64,000 bases of DNA. Source: Bugula neritina. Taxonomy: Eukaryota; Animalia; Bryozoa. Under the pieces are notes generated by a model, which did not search any database, had not been told where the DNA came from, and was given only the letters and a program-made list of their open reading frames with translations. This document shows, one piece after another, positions 42,270 to 56,000 of the stretch. The stretch is taken from the NCBI GenBank assembly GCA_964035545.1, contig OZ037765.1:15686995-15750994 (forward strand). The letters are read 5' to 3'. Both the position numbers and the translations under genes were made by a program. Numbering within the stretch: position 1 is the first letter of the stretch; each line of letters opens with the position of its first letter.

Positions 42270-42271
<2 letters not shown>

Positions 42272-42350
<79 letters not shown>
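42272..42350. repeat. (AT)n microsatellite
   Basis: About 39 perfect AT units. Confidence 0.95.
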
Positions 42351-42357
<7 letters not shown>

Positions 42358-42679
42358 ATATATATTCTTATAAGGTAAAACTGTTTATTATAGTTGAGAA
42401 AAAATGCTATTTTGGCAGCAATTTGTAGAAATAAGAGTTAATAAGGATTGTAAGATCATTCTTAAAAACTGTATAAGCCTGTGATGACAAAGTAGTTCAC
42501 TCTACCACATCTATAAACATAACTATTTTATTAGGTTCGTTAGCTGTAATCTGCTATTTTACACATTTGATTCAACTATAGCTACATATTGCTGTGTTAT
42601 ATTGGGTACCAGAGGTGTTCAGAGACCTAATACAGCACAAAGTATTATATTCTATGTATATATAACTAATCAGTAGTAT

Positions 42680-43417
42680 TGTGGTAAAATTGTTGCGTGT
42701 ATTTCTTACTAGTATTTCTTTCATTCCTACGGAATGCGTGTTTTTCCTAAATGTATTAGTAAGCGTAGCACCAGTCCATTAACAGCTAGGTGTCATGATA
42801 GTACTGACTGGATTGGTTATTGTTCCTAGCTAGGTGTTATTATAGTAATGACTGGATTAGTTATTATTCCTAGCTAGGTGTTATTATAGTAAAGCTGGAT
42901 TAGCTATTGTTCATAGCTACGCATAGGACTGCTTATATAACTAAAGATGACTGGGATTTCCCCTCGATTCGAGCGAATTCCTGCGAACCCTTTATTATCC
43001 TGTGAATCCCCTGCGATTCGAGCGAACTCCCTCGAATTTGCATGGAACTTTCTAGACTAGTTACATCCAAACATATAAAAGGGAGCCCTCAAACCAGTGA
43101 ATTCAGTTGACTGCCAGCATCAGATGAAGACACAACTCGGAGCTACCAAGCAAGGACACTCGTATACCTAGTGCATAGTTATTTACCTTATACCTAGAAT
43201 AATAGTACATATAGTCTTCCACGTGATGTAAGGAGTTATCCTCTCTAACTCTTTTTGGATATATATTGGAGTACAATAAAGGATAGTGAGTATAAACCTT
43301 CTTACTTATTTATTAATAAATATTCTCAGCAAAGAGTCACTGTGTTCCATCAGCTAATAACCCACACCAATAATTACATGCAGCGAATAATAACATTCCA
43401 CGCATAAAATTATTACA
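42680..43417 (+). mobile_element. Solo LTR with internal tandem repeats
   Basis: TGT...ACA termini; exact 4-bp TSD GTAT; TATAAAA ~43074 and AATAAA ~43275; three ~45-bp tandem units (agctaggtgt..t.atagta...actggatt) at ~42784-42920. Confidence 0.8.
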
Positions 43418-43772
43418 GTATAGTAGTATGGTATTTGTAGAAGCTTCTTCTCTTCAGTCACATCTAATCAAAGCAACGCCGTGAGCACTTGCTGACACAG
43501 CCTACATACCACGTTGTTTGGACCTCCCGTGGCATTCAGGATGTCAATCCCGGTGTCCTCAAAACAATTCAGACAAGTCATTCGCCAAATTAAGAGAAAT
43601 TACAGAGCTGCATAAAATTTCTTCAGAAGGCTGCACTCAGATTTAATAGAAACTATATTTTATATTTTACCACAATTTATTTATAAGGTGTTAAATCAAA
43701 ATTATATAGAAAAGAACTTGTCCAGTATTTTAGGTTCATAAACTTCTACAACATTTAATAGTTTGTTTGGAG

Positions 43773-46700
43773 TTACTCTGTCTTTGGTTGCTTCCAAGAT
43801 GACCATTCCAACTGCAAAAGTAACAACGAGTTACCACAAAACACTCAATTTATAATTAGACATGTTGAGGGTGCTGAGGTGTAAAAATGTCTGGGTAGAT
43901 GGCATAAACCTGTGTGTACTAGTACTATATTTTTGTATGAATTTAGCAAGTGATAAGGAACAAATAAATATATTGTTTCTATAAATAACATTGCATAAAC
44001 AGCAATATACCTTTACGACTGAGCTATACTTTCTCAAAATCTCAAAGGCTAGCACATGATATAAAAACCAGACAATGGTGGGAGACTACACCTATCAGAG
44101 CTGTTAAATGAGGTTAGCTTTTGCACAAACCGCTCGCGAGTGTGTGTGTGTGTGCGCATGCGCGCACCTGCCTGTGGGGTGCAATGTTGCAGGGACTAGC
44201 TTAAAATTGCAAAACTAGCTTCCATTTTAGGATAAAAAAGAAAATCTAAAAATCATTTACAATGGGGAAACATACATTTGATGATGTTCCTTTGCCAACT
44301 GAGTTGGTCCAAGCACTCTGAAGGCCATCCCCTGCAGCTCCAGGTATAGACCCCATATAAAACTGATTAGGTGCAACCACATCAGCAGAAGAACCTCCAT
44401 CAGTCTACAAGTTGTACAATATTTTTATTAAAAAGATTCATCATATTATTGAAAAGCCATTTCTGTTATGGGCTATTCAGAGAGTTTGGTTAAGAAAATA
44501 TGAAACACCTTTAAACATGCAAAACTCCTTTAAAAAGAATAAGTATAGTAAGCAATGTCAGAAATCTATAATCCACGCCAGACACAGTAGGTAATAGTGA
44601 TAAATATACTTACATTAAAAAACATATTATAACCTTCAGAGAACGATTTGGCTGATGGATTTGTAGTTGACCTCATCTTCCAGTCATCCTCTAATAAAAA
44701 AGTGATGAAAGCAGGTTATAATTGTTCAAACATTGCAATACCAGCAACTACATTCAGCTTCTACATAGTATTTTATGTAATAAATCTTCTTTATTGCTTA
44801 GCTTCACAGATTTCACTTACAATAACAACACCAACACACAGTATGTTGGAAACATGTTTACCTAGGGTAAATTTTGAGCTTTATCAAACAGAAAATCACT
44901 TGACAGTGCTGCCTTTCCTTTTACACCCAACCTTTATTTGCATTGTATAGACTATAGATGATGAAAACACTTGTAGAGTAAGCAAAAGTTTTAAAATACG
45001 AAAAGTGTCTTACCCTGAGACTTGTTAGGTTCATTAGAAGCCCAAATTCTAGCATTGGTGTTTGGTTGAAATATTGCCGGCTGTCCAAAAATTTCCGATG
45101 ATGAGCTGCTGGACAGGCTGGCAGCATTTGGTGTGTTGACTGATCTGGGGTTACTGATAGGGGAGGGAGAGTGCATGCCATGCACTGATGCCGAGTGTCC
45201 TTGGTTTATGCTGAGGCTTTGTATTCGAGATACTTGGCTACTTTGAGAGGAGGGTAATATTCCTCCTAATTGCCTCAACTTGCCCTGCAAACCAAACCTA
45301 GTTTTACATTCTATTTCTATTTTCAATAACCACAGATAATTATGAGTGAAATATTTTAAATACTTTGTTAAATTAGTCATACTTGTTCAGGGCTTGGGTG
45401 AGTGTATAGTGGCTTCTGCGCTGTGCTCATAGAGTGTGAGAATTGTATAGAAGCAGACTGTGGTGAGGCTTGGAAAGAGGTGGCAGCGTGAGGAGACTGT
45501 GGTGCTGTCTCATTACCATACTTCATGGGGACAGAAAATTCTGAGGCATGTGGGTTGAGATCACTTGAAATGCGTGGCAAGGTCATTGGCTCCCCGGTTG
45601 TAGAGTAGTGTTCCCTCGCAATAGGCATAGCACTTCGTTGGTCTACCATCTTTGTCTGATAGCCGTATGGTGGAGCATGAGACACAGGATGCTGGCCTCC
45701 CACTATGTGATCGGAAAAAATTGCATGAACGCTGGAGTTGACACTGCGTGGTGAAATGTGCTGATCACTATTTGCAACTGGCCGAGAGCCTGGAGCTCGA
45801 GAAAATGACTCCTCAACGGGCATTGGGTGAGTAGAGAACTGAGATAAAAGTCCAGGAGAAGGTCTGAATCCAGGAGCTTTTGTTGGGTCAGCAGACCCAA
45901 CAAAACTAGGTGGCTGAGGATTAAAGGTTTGTGGTACTTTACTACCCTGACCTTCAAAAGGAGAATAGGCTTGCAGATGGGTTTTCGATGACATAAGAGG
46001 CCTGACTGGCTCAGCAGTTGTGTAGACTGGCTGCTGTAATGCATACGGCACCTTCACATTATTGGCCATGACTGGAACAGAGCGCCTTGCCATCATTTGA
46101 TTATCAGACATCTTCTCCATAGGGTGAATAAACTGAGATCTTTCAATTGAGGGAGACATGCGTATCTCTGATGTGGAGAGGGGTTGATTTTCCTCAGGCA
46201 ACAATGGGTGAGTGGCAAGGTCAGCAAAGGTTGTCATTGTAGAAAACTTGCTGTCTCTACCAGGCGTTTTTCTGGATTCAGAAAAGAGTTGACGAGATGC
46301 ATCATTGGAAAATGGCATTTGATCAGCTGGTGAAGCCGAGGCGCGGCTCACAGGGGTTCTCACTGGAGTTCTTTGGCCAGTGACTGCCACATTAGACTGC
46401 TGAGTTGGACTAGGTTGAAGCTTCCAAACTGACTGTCCAGCAGAAGATGGGCGCACAGGCCACCCAGGCTTGGATAGTGGATATTTCACTTTGGCTTCAG
46501 CTTGAGCCTGAGGCTGAAATGTAGCACACTCTAATGAGACACCACGAATGACTGCTCAACATGCATTAAAGAAAACATGGAAATGTTTAAATGTAAGAAA
46601 AAGAGTATGCTTTTATTTATCCCACTACTATTACACTAGAAAAAAATATTAGGGCATTTAAATATTAAATGTGGATCAGGCAGTGTCAAGTGGTTAGAGG

Positions 46701-49700
46701 TACTAGCAAAGCCTGTTACACTAGAATGGTGGATTAAGCTCCAAGGCCCATAGGTGATGTCAAAAAGAGCACCAATCAAAAGTGCTCTAGTGCTACTCTA
46801 AAATTTTTCAAGTCATGTTATCATCACTTGAGGCAAATAATACATAGCCCACGCACAAACAAACAGTGTGAGTATAATTTTTCAACAGTAGGCCTAAAAT
46901 GTATTAATCTGATTATGAAAATATACTAAAATGTATCATAATACACTGAATATAATAACACATGGTTAGAAACTCATCAAAAACACTAACCTGATGAGTT
47001 GGCAAATAGTCCGCTAAATTGAAATTCCCCATGTTAGACATGCTATCCCTATTACTATTCAATTGATTGGTAGTTGATGTAGCAGAAGAAGTAGTAGAGC
47101 TGACAGAACTGCTCGATGAATGGGATGGTTGTTGGGAGGCCTGCGTATCTGAAATATGGCCTTTTTTAGAGGAATAAACGTGGAGGTCAGTTTCGGCGCT
47201 ACCCACTTCCTTTCTTATCAGGACACATACCTCATTGTGTGCAGTTCTTATACTATCCATTGACCCTCTACAAGTGTCGTCAATAAACCATGAGCTGAAG
47301 CATGCATGAGCAATTAATTGCAAGCAACGTGGACTTAATGAATCACAGTAACTACCTGATAGCCAGAGTCCTTTCTGATGATTTTTTCTCAGCTTTTTCA
47401 AACTGTATTTGAGCACCAGACTTTTCTCTAATGGAATTCAAACACTTGTTGAGTTGAGGAACCACCTTGTGAGGCACAGCCACACGCTTTGATCTAACAA
47501 TTCAATCAAAGCAGCTTCAGCGTTTCAGAACAGAAACGGGAAAAGAATTTGAATTCTAATATCTTATCAAATACTAACTCCTGTATTTAACTAAAATTTG
47601 TTATTTTATGCTACAACATGGCAGGCTAGCTGCAATGCCACAGGACATACTTTTTATTGGTCACTTGTTTCCAATCAGACACCGTTTCATCTTTTTTCTT
47701 TTTTCCAGGGCTAGGATAAGCTGCAGACTTGTTAGAATAAGATTTGGTGGGAGAATACTTGACATAATTTCCATCAAATGAGTCTAACTGATGTATCCCA
47801 GAAGAGCAATGCTCTCTCTTAACAGCTGCATGCCTGGCAGACTTCTGTTTGCCATTAGACGATGGTGGAGGGTCACTGAAATCATCCAGATCTGCTATGC
47901 CTACAGCAGTGGGTAACCACACAAGTGCACATAAACTAGCTGCTCCTCATACTTGATACAATATAAAGTGAATTTTGCATGAAGAAAATTTGATACTATG
48001 AAATGTGATCAGCTATTGAAGCAGCGGCTACTCACAGGTAGGGCTTTGGAACAGTTCTGTACCAATCTCAAGTTCACCCTTTTCCACCTTAGTGTCTTTG
48101 TGAAGTACCTTTTCTTTGTTACGCTGATTTCTTTTAGTCATATTTTCCTTACCACCTCCTCTCGATAACTTAGCATCTACAGTATCACAGAGATGACACT
48201 ACCTATTGGTTACTTGCACCAGATCATTGGCTCACCAGAATTCTAAGTATTCAACAGATTTGGACCAAATTAATTGAAGGCCATCTAAGTTCTTTTAAAT
48301 GGAGCTTATACAAAAATATTGAAACTAGGCGTTAAAATAAGGTGCTGATCAAATTTATTTTGTAAAATAAGTTTTTGGTAATGTAATGCTCATGAATGCT
48401 ATTTGATAATGCTAATCTTACAAAGTAAAACTGAATAAGTAAGTGTCTATATTTTGTTTAAAAATTCAACAAACTATTCAAATTATTTACTTATGATGAC
48501 CTTTAAATACCAGGTAAAGTTGCATTTGAGAGAAGAGCACTGGAACATACTAATTACACACAAATTAACATGCTGACAAAACAGATAATTGCAATATTGA
48601 AGTTGCATTTTAAATTCACGATCCTTCAAAAAACTAACTTGGCTTTTTTTTCATTTCATTGACCGCCATGTTTGCTCTTTTCTGAATAGATTGCATGACA
48701 GCATGCTTGGTCTGGTCATCGGCTTGATGCTCCTGAGAAAGAATCTCGCAAGGTGGAGTCTTGGGTTCAGTAGGACTGACCGAGGTATCCCTTGGAGAAG
48801 CACTGCTTGCCTTGTCACCATCTCCTAACTCCAAAGAGTTCTTTTCCAAGTTTTGTTCAGCTTGCCTTTCTTTTCTTTTCTGTGTGTTGAAAGAAGTTCG
48901 AATGTCAAGCATTAGTTTACATATATAGTAAAAAATTTTCTTATAACTACAGATATGAAACAGTGCCCTCGCAGAAAACCATTCTGTCAAGAGCTGCCTG
49001 CCACCATTGAAGATGTTAGAGAACTAGCATACAAACTGTTACCATATTGTATTTTACCTGCTTCTTTTTCTCTCTTTTGCGGGCTGCAGCTTCCTTGCGT
49101 TTCTCCTCCCGAGACTTCTCGGTCTCTATCTGTTTCAGCAATATATTGGCATTTTTGGAAGCTTCACGGCCTTGCTGTTCTTTAGCCTGAACTATAATAT
49201 CCATGCACTGTTGGCACTTCTTCAAAAGATCCTAAAATAAAAAACAACTACTGTCAATGTTATTACATAACAAAGAAAAAGACGACCAAACTTTCAGCAA
49301 CAGCACACAAAAATAGTATATATAACAGCAGCATTGTTTGTAAGAAACAGCCATAGTTTACTAGCAAATTGCTCTTCAAGAAAGGGTGAGAAGACAATTT
49401 TGCTTCTGGGAGAACAGAACTGAACCGAAGAATTGAGCTGTTACATACAATCAATATTGGTTTTACCTTATCACTAACAGAGGTAATGTAGCGGGCACAT
49501 TCCTGGTCACTAGGAAACTGTGTGACGTGCTGGACAAGCCACTTGACAACTTTCACATGACCTTTTCTAAAGGCAGCCATCAGAGAACTAACTCTTCTGT
49601 TATCCTGACCGTCTATATCAGCTTTATGAGACACAAGGAGTTGCACGACGTCGAGGTGACCACCTGACCAACACATACAGACACACATGATTAAAGTATA

Positions 49701-51331
49701 ACTGCTCTAATAAAATTCAAAGGCACTAAATCCACCTGTTACTCAAATCAATTCAAGAAGCAAAATGAAGAAATTACCATACACGAAACTGACAAGCTTA
49801 TATCTATATAATATTTACAAAAAAAGTTGAAGGTAACTTCACATTAAGATTCACAATATGTCGAAGAAATTTTCTTGAAATTACACAGATCCATTCAGTT
49901 ATGAACAATCGTTCATAGTTTATAGTATGTATGGTACAAATAAAACACTTGGGGTTGAAACGAAATTCTTGAAAAGACAAAAAAAAATCAAGTGTTGATA
50001 AATGTAAAACATATTATGCAAAATGACCCACCATTGCAAGCAAGCCAGAGTGGAGAGTTTCCTTTCTTGTTTTTCACATCTACAAATGCCCCTCTGGAAA
50101 GTAACAGCTCAACAAATCTGTAATGTCCTTTATCAGCAGCAATAGTCAGCGCAGTGTCCTTGGACGAAGGTACAGGGCTAGCATTGACATCGGCCGCTTT
50201 GTCTAGTAACACTCTTCCAACTTCAACATATCCTCCACTGGCTGCCTCCATCAACGGTGTCAGACCAGTTTTTGCTCGATGTTCTTTTGAAAATATAACT
50301 AATTGATACACTCCATCGTGAAAAGAGGTTTCCAAAACAAGTACTTTGTAACTTAAGCCAAATAAACCATGAAAATCAACGATCAACTTACCAATGTTTG
50401 CTTTGCGGTCCACCAACAAGTTGACAACATCATGACGACCTTGAAAACAAGCCAACGTGAGAGCTGTGTTGCGATTGGTCTCTATTTGAGCATTGATATC
50501 ACTACCATGATCAAGCAGAACCCTGACGGCAGAAGTGTGGCCATTCATGGCAGCCAACATGAGTGGTGAAATGCCAAGTTTACTACCAGTTCTATAAGCA
50601 CCAGAGAAAATACAATGGAAAAATGCTACTTTATCTGTAAAAACTCGCTGTTCCCAGCAGTTCTTGCAGCTTGGAAGAGCTTACCCTCACCAGTAACAAT
50701 ATCATAATACAAATACAATAATGATATTCAATTTATTTTATGTGGATGGAGTAGTAAATTGTCTGTTAATATAAATTGTAAAAAACTGACAATTTTATCA
50801 TAATTTTTATGGGATAAAATAAAATTGTGTGTTAATTAGAAATGACGCAACATACTGAATTCTATGCTATAAACTTGTAATATAATTGCAGGATACTTTA
50901 TTGTTAATAAATCCAATTTCATTGTCAGCAGAAACTTCTCACCAGAAAACCTGTTATACAGATACATGTGAGCAGTTGATGAGCCGACAGCAAGTGAAGT
51001 TAACAAATACAACGATACTTTCTATAATTACCTAGAGTTGATCTCAGCATGATAATCTAGTAGAAGCTTGATGATTGGAACATAACCACCAGATGCAGCC
51101 AAACTCAATGGAGTGTAATCTGACACATTACGGTGCTCCTTATTGGCCATTCGTCTCAATAGTATTTCAACAACTTCATATCGCCCACCCGAACAAGCTA
51201 ACGACAACGGTGTATCCTTGGTTCTTTCAGACTGCGCCTCAATCTCAGCATTGTTATCAAGAAGTATCTCAACTACTTCTGCATGTCCAGCTGTTGCCGC
51301 AAGGATCAATGGTGTGAATCCTAGCAATACA

Positions 51332-51379
<48 letters not shown>

Positions 51380-52983
51380 GTACATACATATATACTCCTT
51401 GCTAGAGCACATTATATATATATATATATAGGGGTAACGGGGGCACAACGGGCCGAATTTTGCATTTGTTGCTCTCATTCGTCTGTTTTTCAAGTTACTA
51501 GTTCAATAATTTCTAGTCTTAATGTTGCATCTGTTGTCTATTACAGGTACCAGTTTGTTGTTTCTATCTCTCTCACAACTTTCAGAATAGTGAAATTTTC
51601 ATGACGAAAAAATTGGCCCATTGTGCCCCGGTACCGGGGTACAATGGGCCACTGGGTGGGACATAACAAATATATTGAAATTTTGCGTATTTTGTTACAT
51701 CTCATTTTTATTTATTTAATATTACAAATAAATAAAGATACTCTTTCATATCTACAGCAAAATTCATGTTTTAGCTGTACAGTTTGTGCCACTACGGATA
51801 GCAGAGGAAGGCAAAATCAAATGCACGTCACTCGGGTCTGCAGTGCCATTATCATTACTGTTTAGAACTAAAAATGTTCTGTTATTTTCACTTCAGAGGA
51901 ACGTTTAGTAAAAAGAACTTTAGTAACATGTACTACAAAATTCCGAGTGGACTTTTTTTATGTACTTTAGCTAAGGTGCATGCATGGCTGAGGTTTGTGA
52001 CTGGAGTACAGAAGGGAGAGGGGGGAGCAAATGAGCAAATCACAATTTATTTCAGTCAAATACATGTATATTCCCTCAATGATGTGATATATAATGATTA
52101 TCATGACTATCTACTATAGTAGCAACAGCAGAGTGTTTTGTATTATGTATAAAATGGCAAAGCTTTAACCTCACCAGATGTATATATTAGGGGAGCTTCA
52201 ACTTGTAGTTTTGTGATCTTACCATGATGTCTTTGATATTTTACAAAAAGGTCAGAAATGGCTATATCTATAGATTTTAGTAACATTTCAACCAACTTTT
52301 TGGGCAAACAAACTAGTAACAGTGATCAGGGTGCAATAATCAGGTGGCCCATTGTGCCCCGTGTGGCCAAATTGAAAAGAAATGTGCCTCAAGGAAAATT
52401 TATTTCAATGTTTGCTGTTATACGAGTTAAGCAATGTAGAGACAAGCAATGGCAACAACATTAGTAAAATATAGGCTTCTAGCCTTTGAGTGTAAAAAGT
52501 TATAAGGCTTTAACGACATCCTAAAAAATTTACAAAAAGTAGGTAAAAACAGTTTTTTACTCGCCTTTTCAACACGTATGTTGCGCAAGTGTTGAAACTA
52601 CAAAGGCTGAATAATTATGCCAATATCTTTTTATGAAAAAAAAAATCACAACTCTAAGTCCATAAGTTCTCTCACAATTTGGCCGGCTTTTTGTACCCCT
52701 ATGACCGTTGTGCCCCCGTTACCCCTATATATACGTATGTACATGTATACGTATATATATACATACGTGTATACGTATATATATATACGTACGTGTATAC
52801 GTATATATATACGTACGTGTATACATATATATATACGTACATATATATATATATATACGTACATATATATACACGTACATATATATATACATATATATAC
52901 GTACATATACATACGTACATATATACATGTATACATATATACACATACATATATACAATACATATATACACATACATATATAC

Positions 52984-53016
<33 letters not shown>

Positions 53017-56000
53017 TATATAATGTGCTCTAGCAAGGATTTACACCGTCATAGTATAAAACATGAGTTCTTCTCTAGCCAGAATTGAGATCATTATGTT
53101 TATATATTTCATTAATATAATTGACAAACCTTTCTTGTCGCGGTGCTCTATGTGAGCCTGATGGGCAAGGAGAATGCGCACCAACTCTCCGTGTCCTCCA
53201 GCACAAGCCAGGGTGAGGGCTGTGTCGTGGTTGGTGTCTGTCACAGCATTCGGGTCAACTGCACAGTAATGGTCAACAATTACAAAGGTTGAAGACAATA
53301 TAGAAGTTATGATGTATCATTAATTGAGCACATGAATTAATTTGAACATTTTTCTTCTAGCCAGGGTGTCTAAAAAAAGCTAAAGTAATGTGCAGCAACT
53401 AAAATGAAATAGAAACAGTTAGAATTGATCCACACAAAAGTCCTATGAGTTAGAAGACCATTGACTGATATTGAAAATGGTTGTGATATTGTAGCATGCA
53501 CGTTTCTATTTGTCAGTCAGAAGAAACATTGGTAAATACCAATAGTGTACTGAGAATCCACCAATGAGACAGGAGCAATACTACTAGCAGGAGTAGACTG
53601 AGGTGAATAGCCATTCAATACTTTGGTGATGTTGATAGTATTGAGTTGCTGGTCGGGTATATCAATTGGGAAGGCGTCCACAGGTGGAGACATGCCTTCA
53701 TTCTACAAGCATCATTTCTTGTCACTAAGGAAGACATTACCAGAACGACAGATATTGTATTGAGTAGCACTTGATGAAGGACCAAACTAACTAAGAGTGA
53801 TATAAGTCATATATTTATAAGGAACCTCCCCAAACACATGATATAACTGTATTTGAATAACACCTACTCTATTGAAACAGATATTGTCTGAAAACTTTGA
53901 TTTTACTTAGCATTCGAGAAATACAAAAGTTATGAAAATTAAGTTACTAAATTTGAAAAGAAAACAGTAGAAAATATTGATCAACAATTCCATTTTTAAA
54001 ACTTAGATATGATGAAGTTAATAAAAATTATCAAATTTTATATTCTTCAGTAAAACTAAAGAACCACAGTTACAACCACATAAAGCAGAACATGCGAGAA
54101 CCAAAATATTCATAGTAACTAGTAAATTACTGTAATGATTAATAACTTTAGTGGAACTTACATCATGTAGCTTTGCGGCTTTGTCTGCAAATTGAGCATC
54201 TACCGTCTGCAACCACTGCAATGTCTTCATAGTCAGCACATCACACTCATCGGAATCTCTTTGTATTTTTGCGTCATCCAAGACTTTTTCTGTTAATAAT
54301 GATTTCAGGGATTTCAACAAAATGTCTCGGATAATGACTAACATGAGTAAGATCATGTATAGAACTGAAAGCTAACAAAGCCTACCTTGTATCAATGCTG
54401 AGAGTGAATCGGCCAGCGATCTGCTGGGAGGCGTCTCATTGAAAGTCAAATCTTCTAGTCGAAGAGGTAAATCTCCCACACAATTTTCCAAAGACTCGTC
54501 AGCTATTTCTTCATACTTCGAGTTCAGGTTGAATGAAGGCATTGGCTTTAGGAAAAAGTGAATTTTATTAAATTGTCATATGTTCAGCATTCTTATTTAT
54601 CCATATAAACACTTGTAAAAATTTTTTTCAAGATAAGCTATGTTTGCAGGAGTGTATATGAGAGGGAGCCATGATCTCTGCATAATAAAATCAACAGACA
54701 ATAACATACTAGACTCTGGAGTGAGTACCTTGACTGGTGAAGCAGTTATGTTGATGTTAGTTCTATCTCTGTTTTCCCACTGCTGAAGAGCTTGTGCCAA
54801 GTCATCCACATTGCCTTCGGTTACATGATGAGCATGCAAATGATTTTGCAGAGCAATATGCAGTGGAATAGGTTGTCTATTCTCACCATCGCCGCTACTC
54901 CTCATGCCCGAGTCAGGTAGTGATGCCAAAGAGGTACAGGCAGCATGGCTTGTTGCCTGAGAGAGCAGCTGCTGCCTCTGATGCTGCAACTGCAGCTGTT
55001 TCTGTTGATACTGCTGCTTTAAAAGCTACAACAGCACGAATGATACCCAATTAATACTTGCAGAATCAGCTAAAAGGAACAGAAAAAAAGGTAAATATGA
55101 AAGAAGAATGCAGAGAAAGTGAGTTACCTGAAGTTTAGTTTGATAGTACTCCTTTTGCTGCTGCAGCTGGGCTTCATGTTGCTTTTGTCGCTCAGCTTGC
55201 TCCATAAATTCCTGATTAATATTGATGCCGGGAGTTGACGGAGGCACAGCATCAGCTGTGTTCATGGAGGTAGATATAGGATGTATAGGAGCACCAACAG
55301 CAGCCAGCGGGTCAACAAGTGCGCTTGAGGTCAATGACTGTTGATTTTCCTGGGCCCTCTGTGTACGGTATTTCAATTCTTGCTCAACTCTCTGCAGCTC
55401 CTCTAAGATCTCCTGTTTTCTTGCCATCTGCTCTTCACGAGTTCCACTAGAATTTTCTGCCTGTGACATCATTTTATGGATAAACTGCTCCAGACGACCT
55501 ACAAGCAAATACTACGTTATACCTTGGGAATAAAAGCAAAGAGACAAATATAAATGTCAAAAAAATCTTTGTAAAATATCTAGGAGCACATGTAACAGTT
55601 TTCCATGATAACTGTCAGAAAAAAAATTGCTAAAACATTGTCTGAACGCTGAAGTTATTAGTTTTCACAGCACAACATAAAATACATAGACTGTATGTTA
55701 TCAATATTATTAGAATGAGCTGCATGTTACACAACAGACATCTATTGAGTGCGATAGCTTTACATGCCTGCTAAACTCTCAGTGGATTTCTGACTAATAT
55801 CTAGAGATGAAGGTAGTTCAGCGTCCGGGGGAAGATTATCTGCCATCGGGATGGAATCAGCATATTCAGAGCTAAGAGTAGCAGACAATCCTTTCTGTTT
55901 GTTGTGTGGGTATTTGAGTAGAATATTCACTACATTGCTGTGACCGCCCTTTGATGCTTCTATCAGCATTGTACTCCCATCTAGATGTAGCAATTATGCA

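Noticed and set aside
42784-42920. CRISPR-like array of ~45-bp repeats
   Set aside because: Contiguous tandem units with no unique spacers, inside an LTR in a eukaryotic locus, with no cas genes.
42000-43773. MASK-BP3-type read-through into an EIF4EBP gene as in vertebrates
   Set aside because: No 4E-BP-like coding sequence downstream; the next gene is tektin-3.
46675-46800. Possible degenerate SINE in mask intron 22
   Set aside because: A/B boxes are too decayed to support by eye.
52617-53088. Six overlapping Y/I/V/T-rich ORFs
   Set aside because: Translations of an alternating purine-pyrimidine microsatellite that lacks stop codons; intronic.
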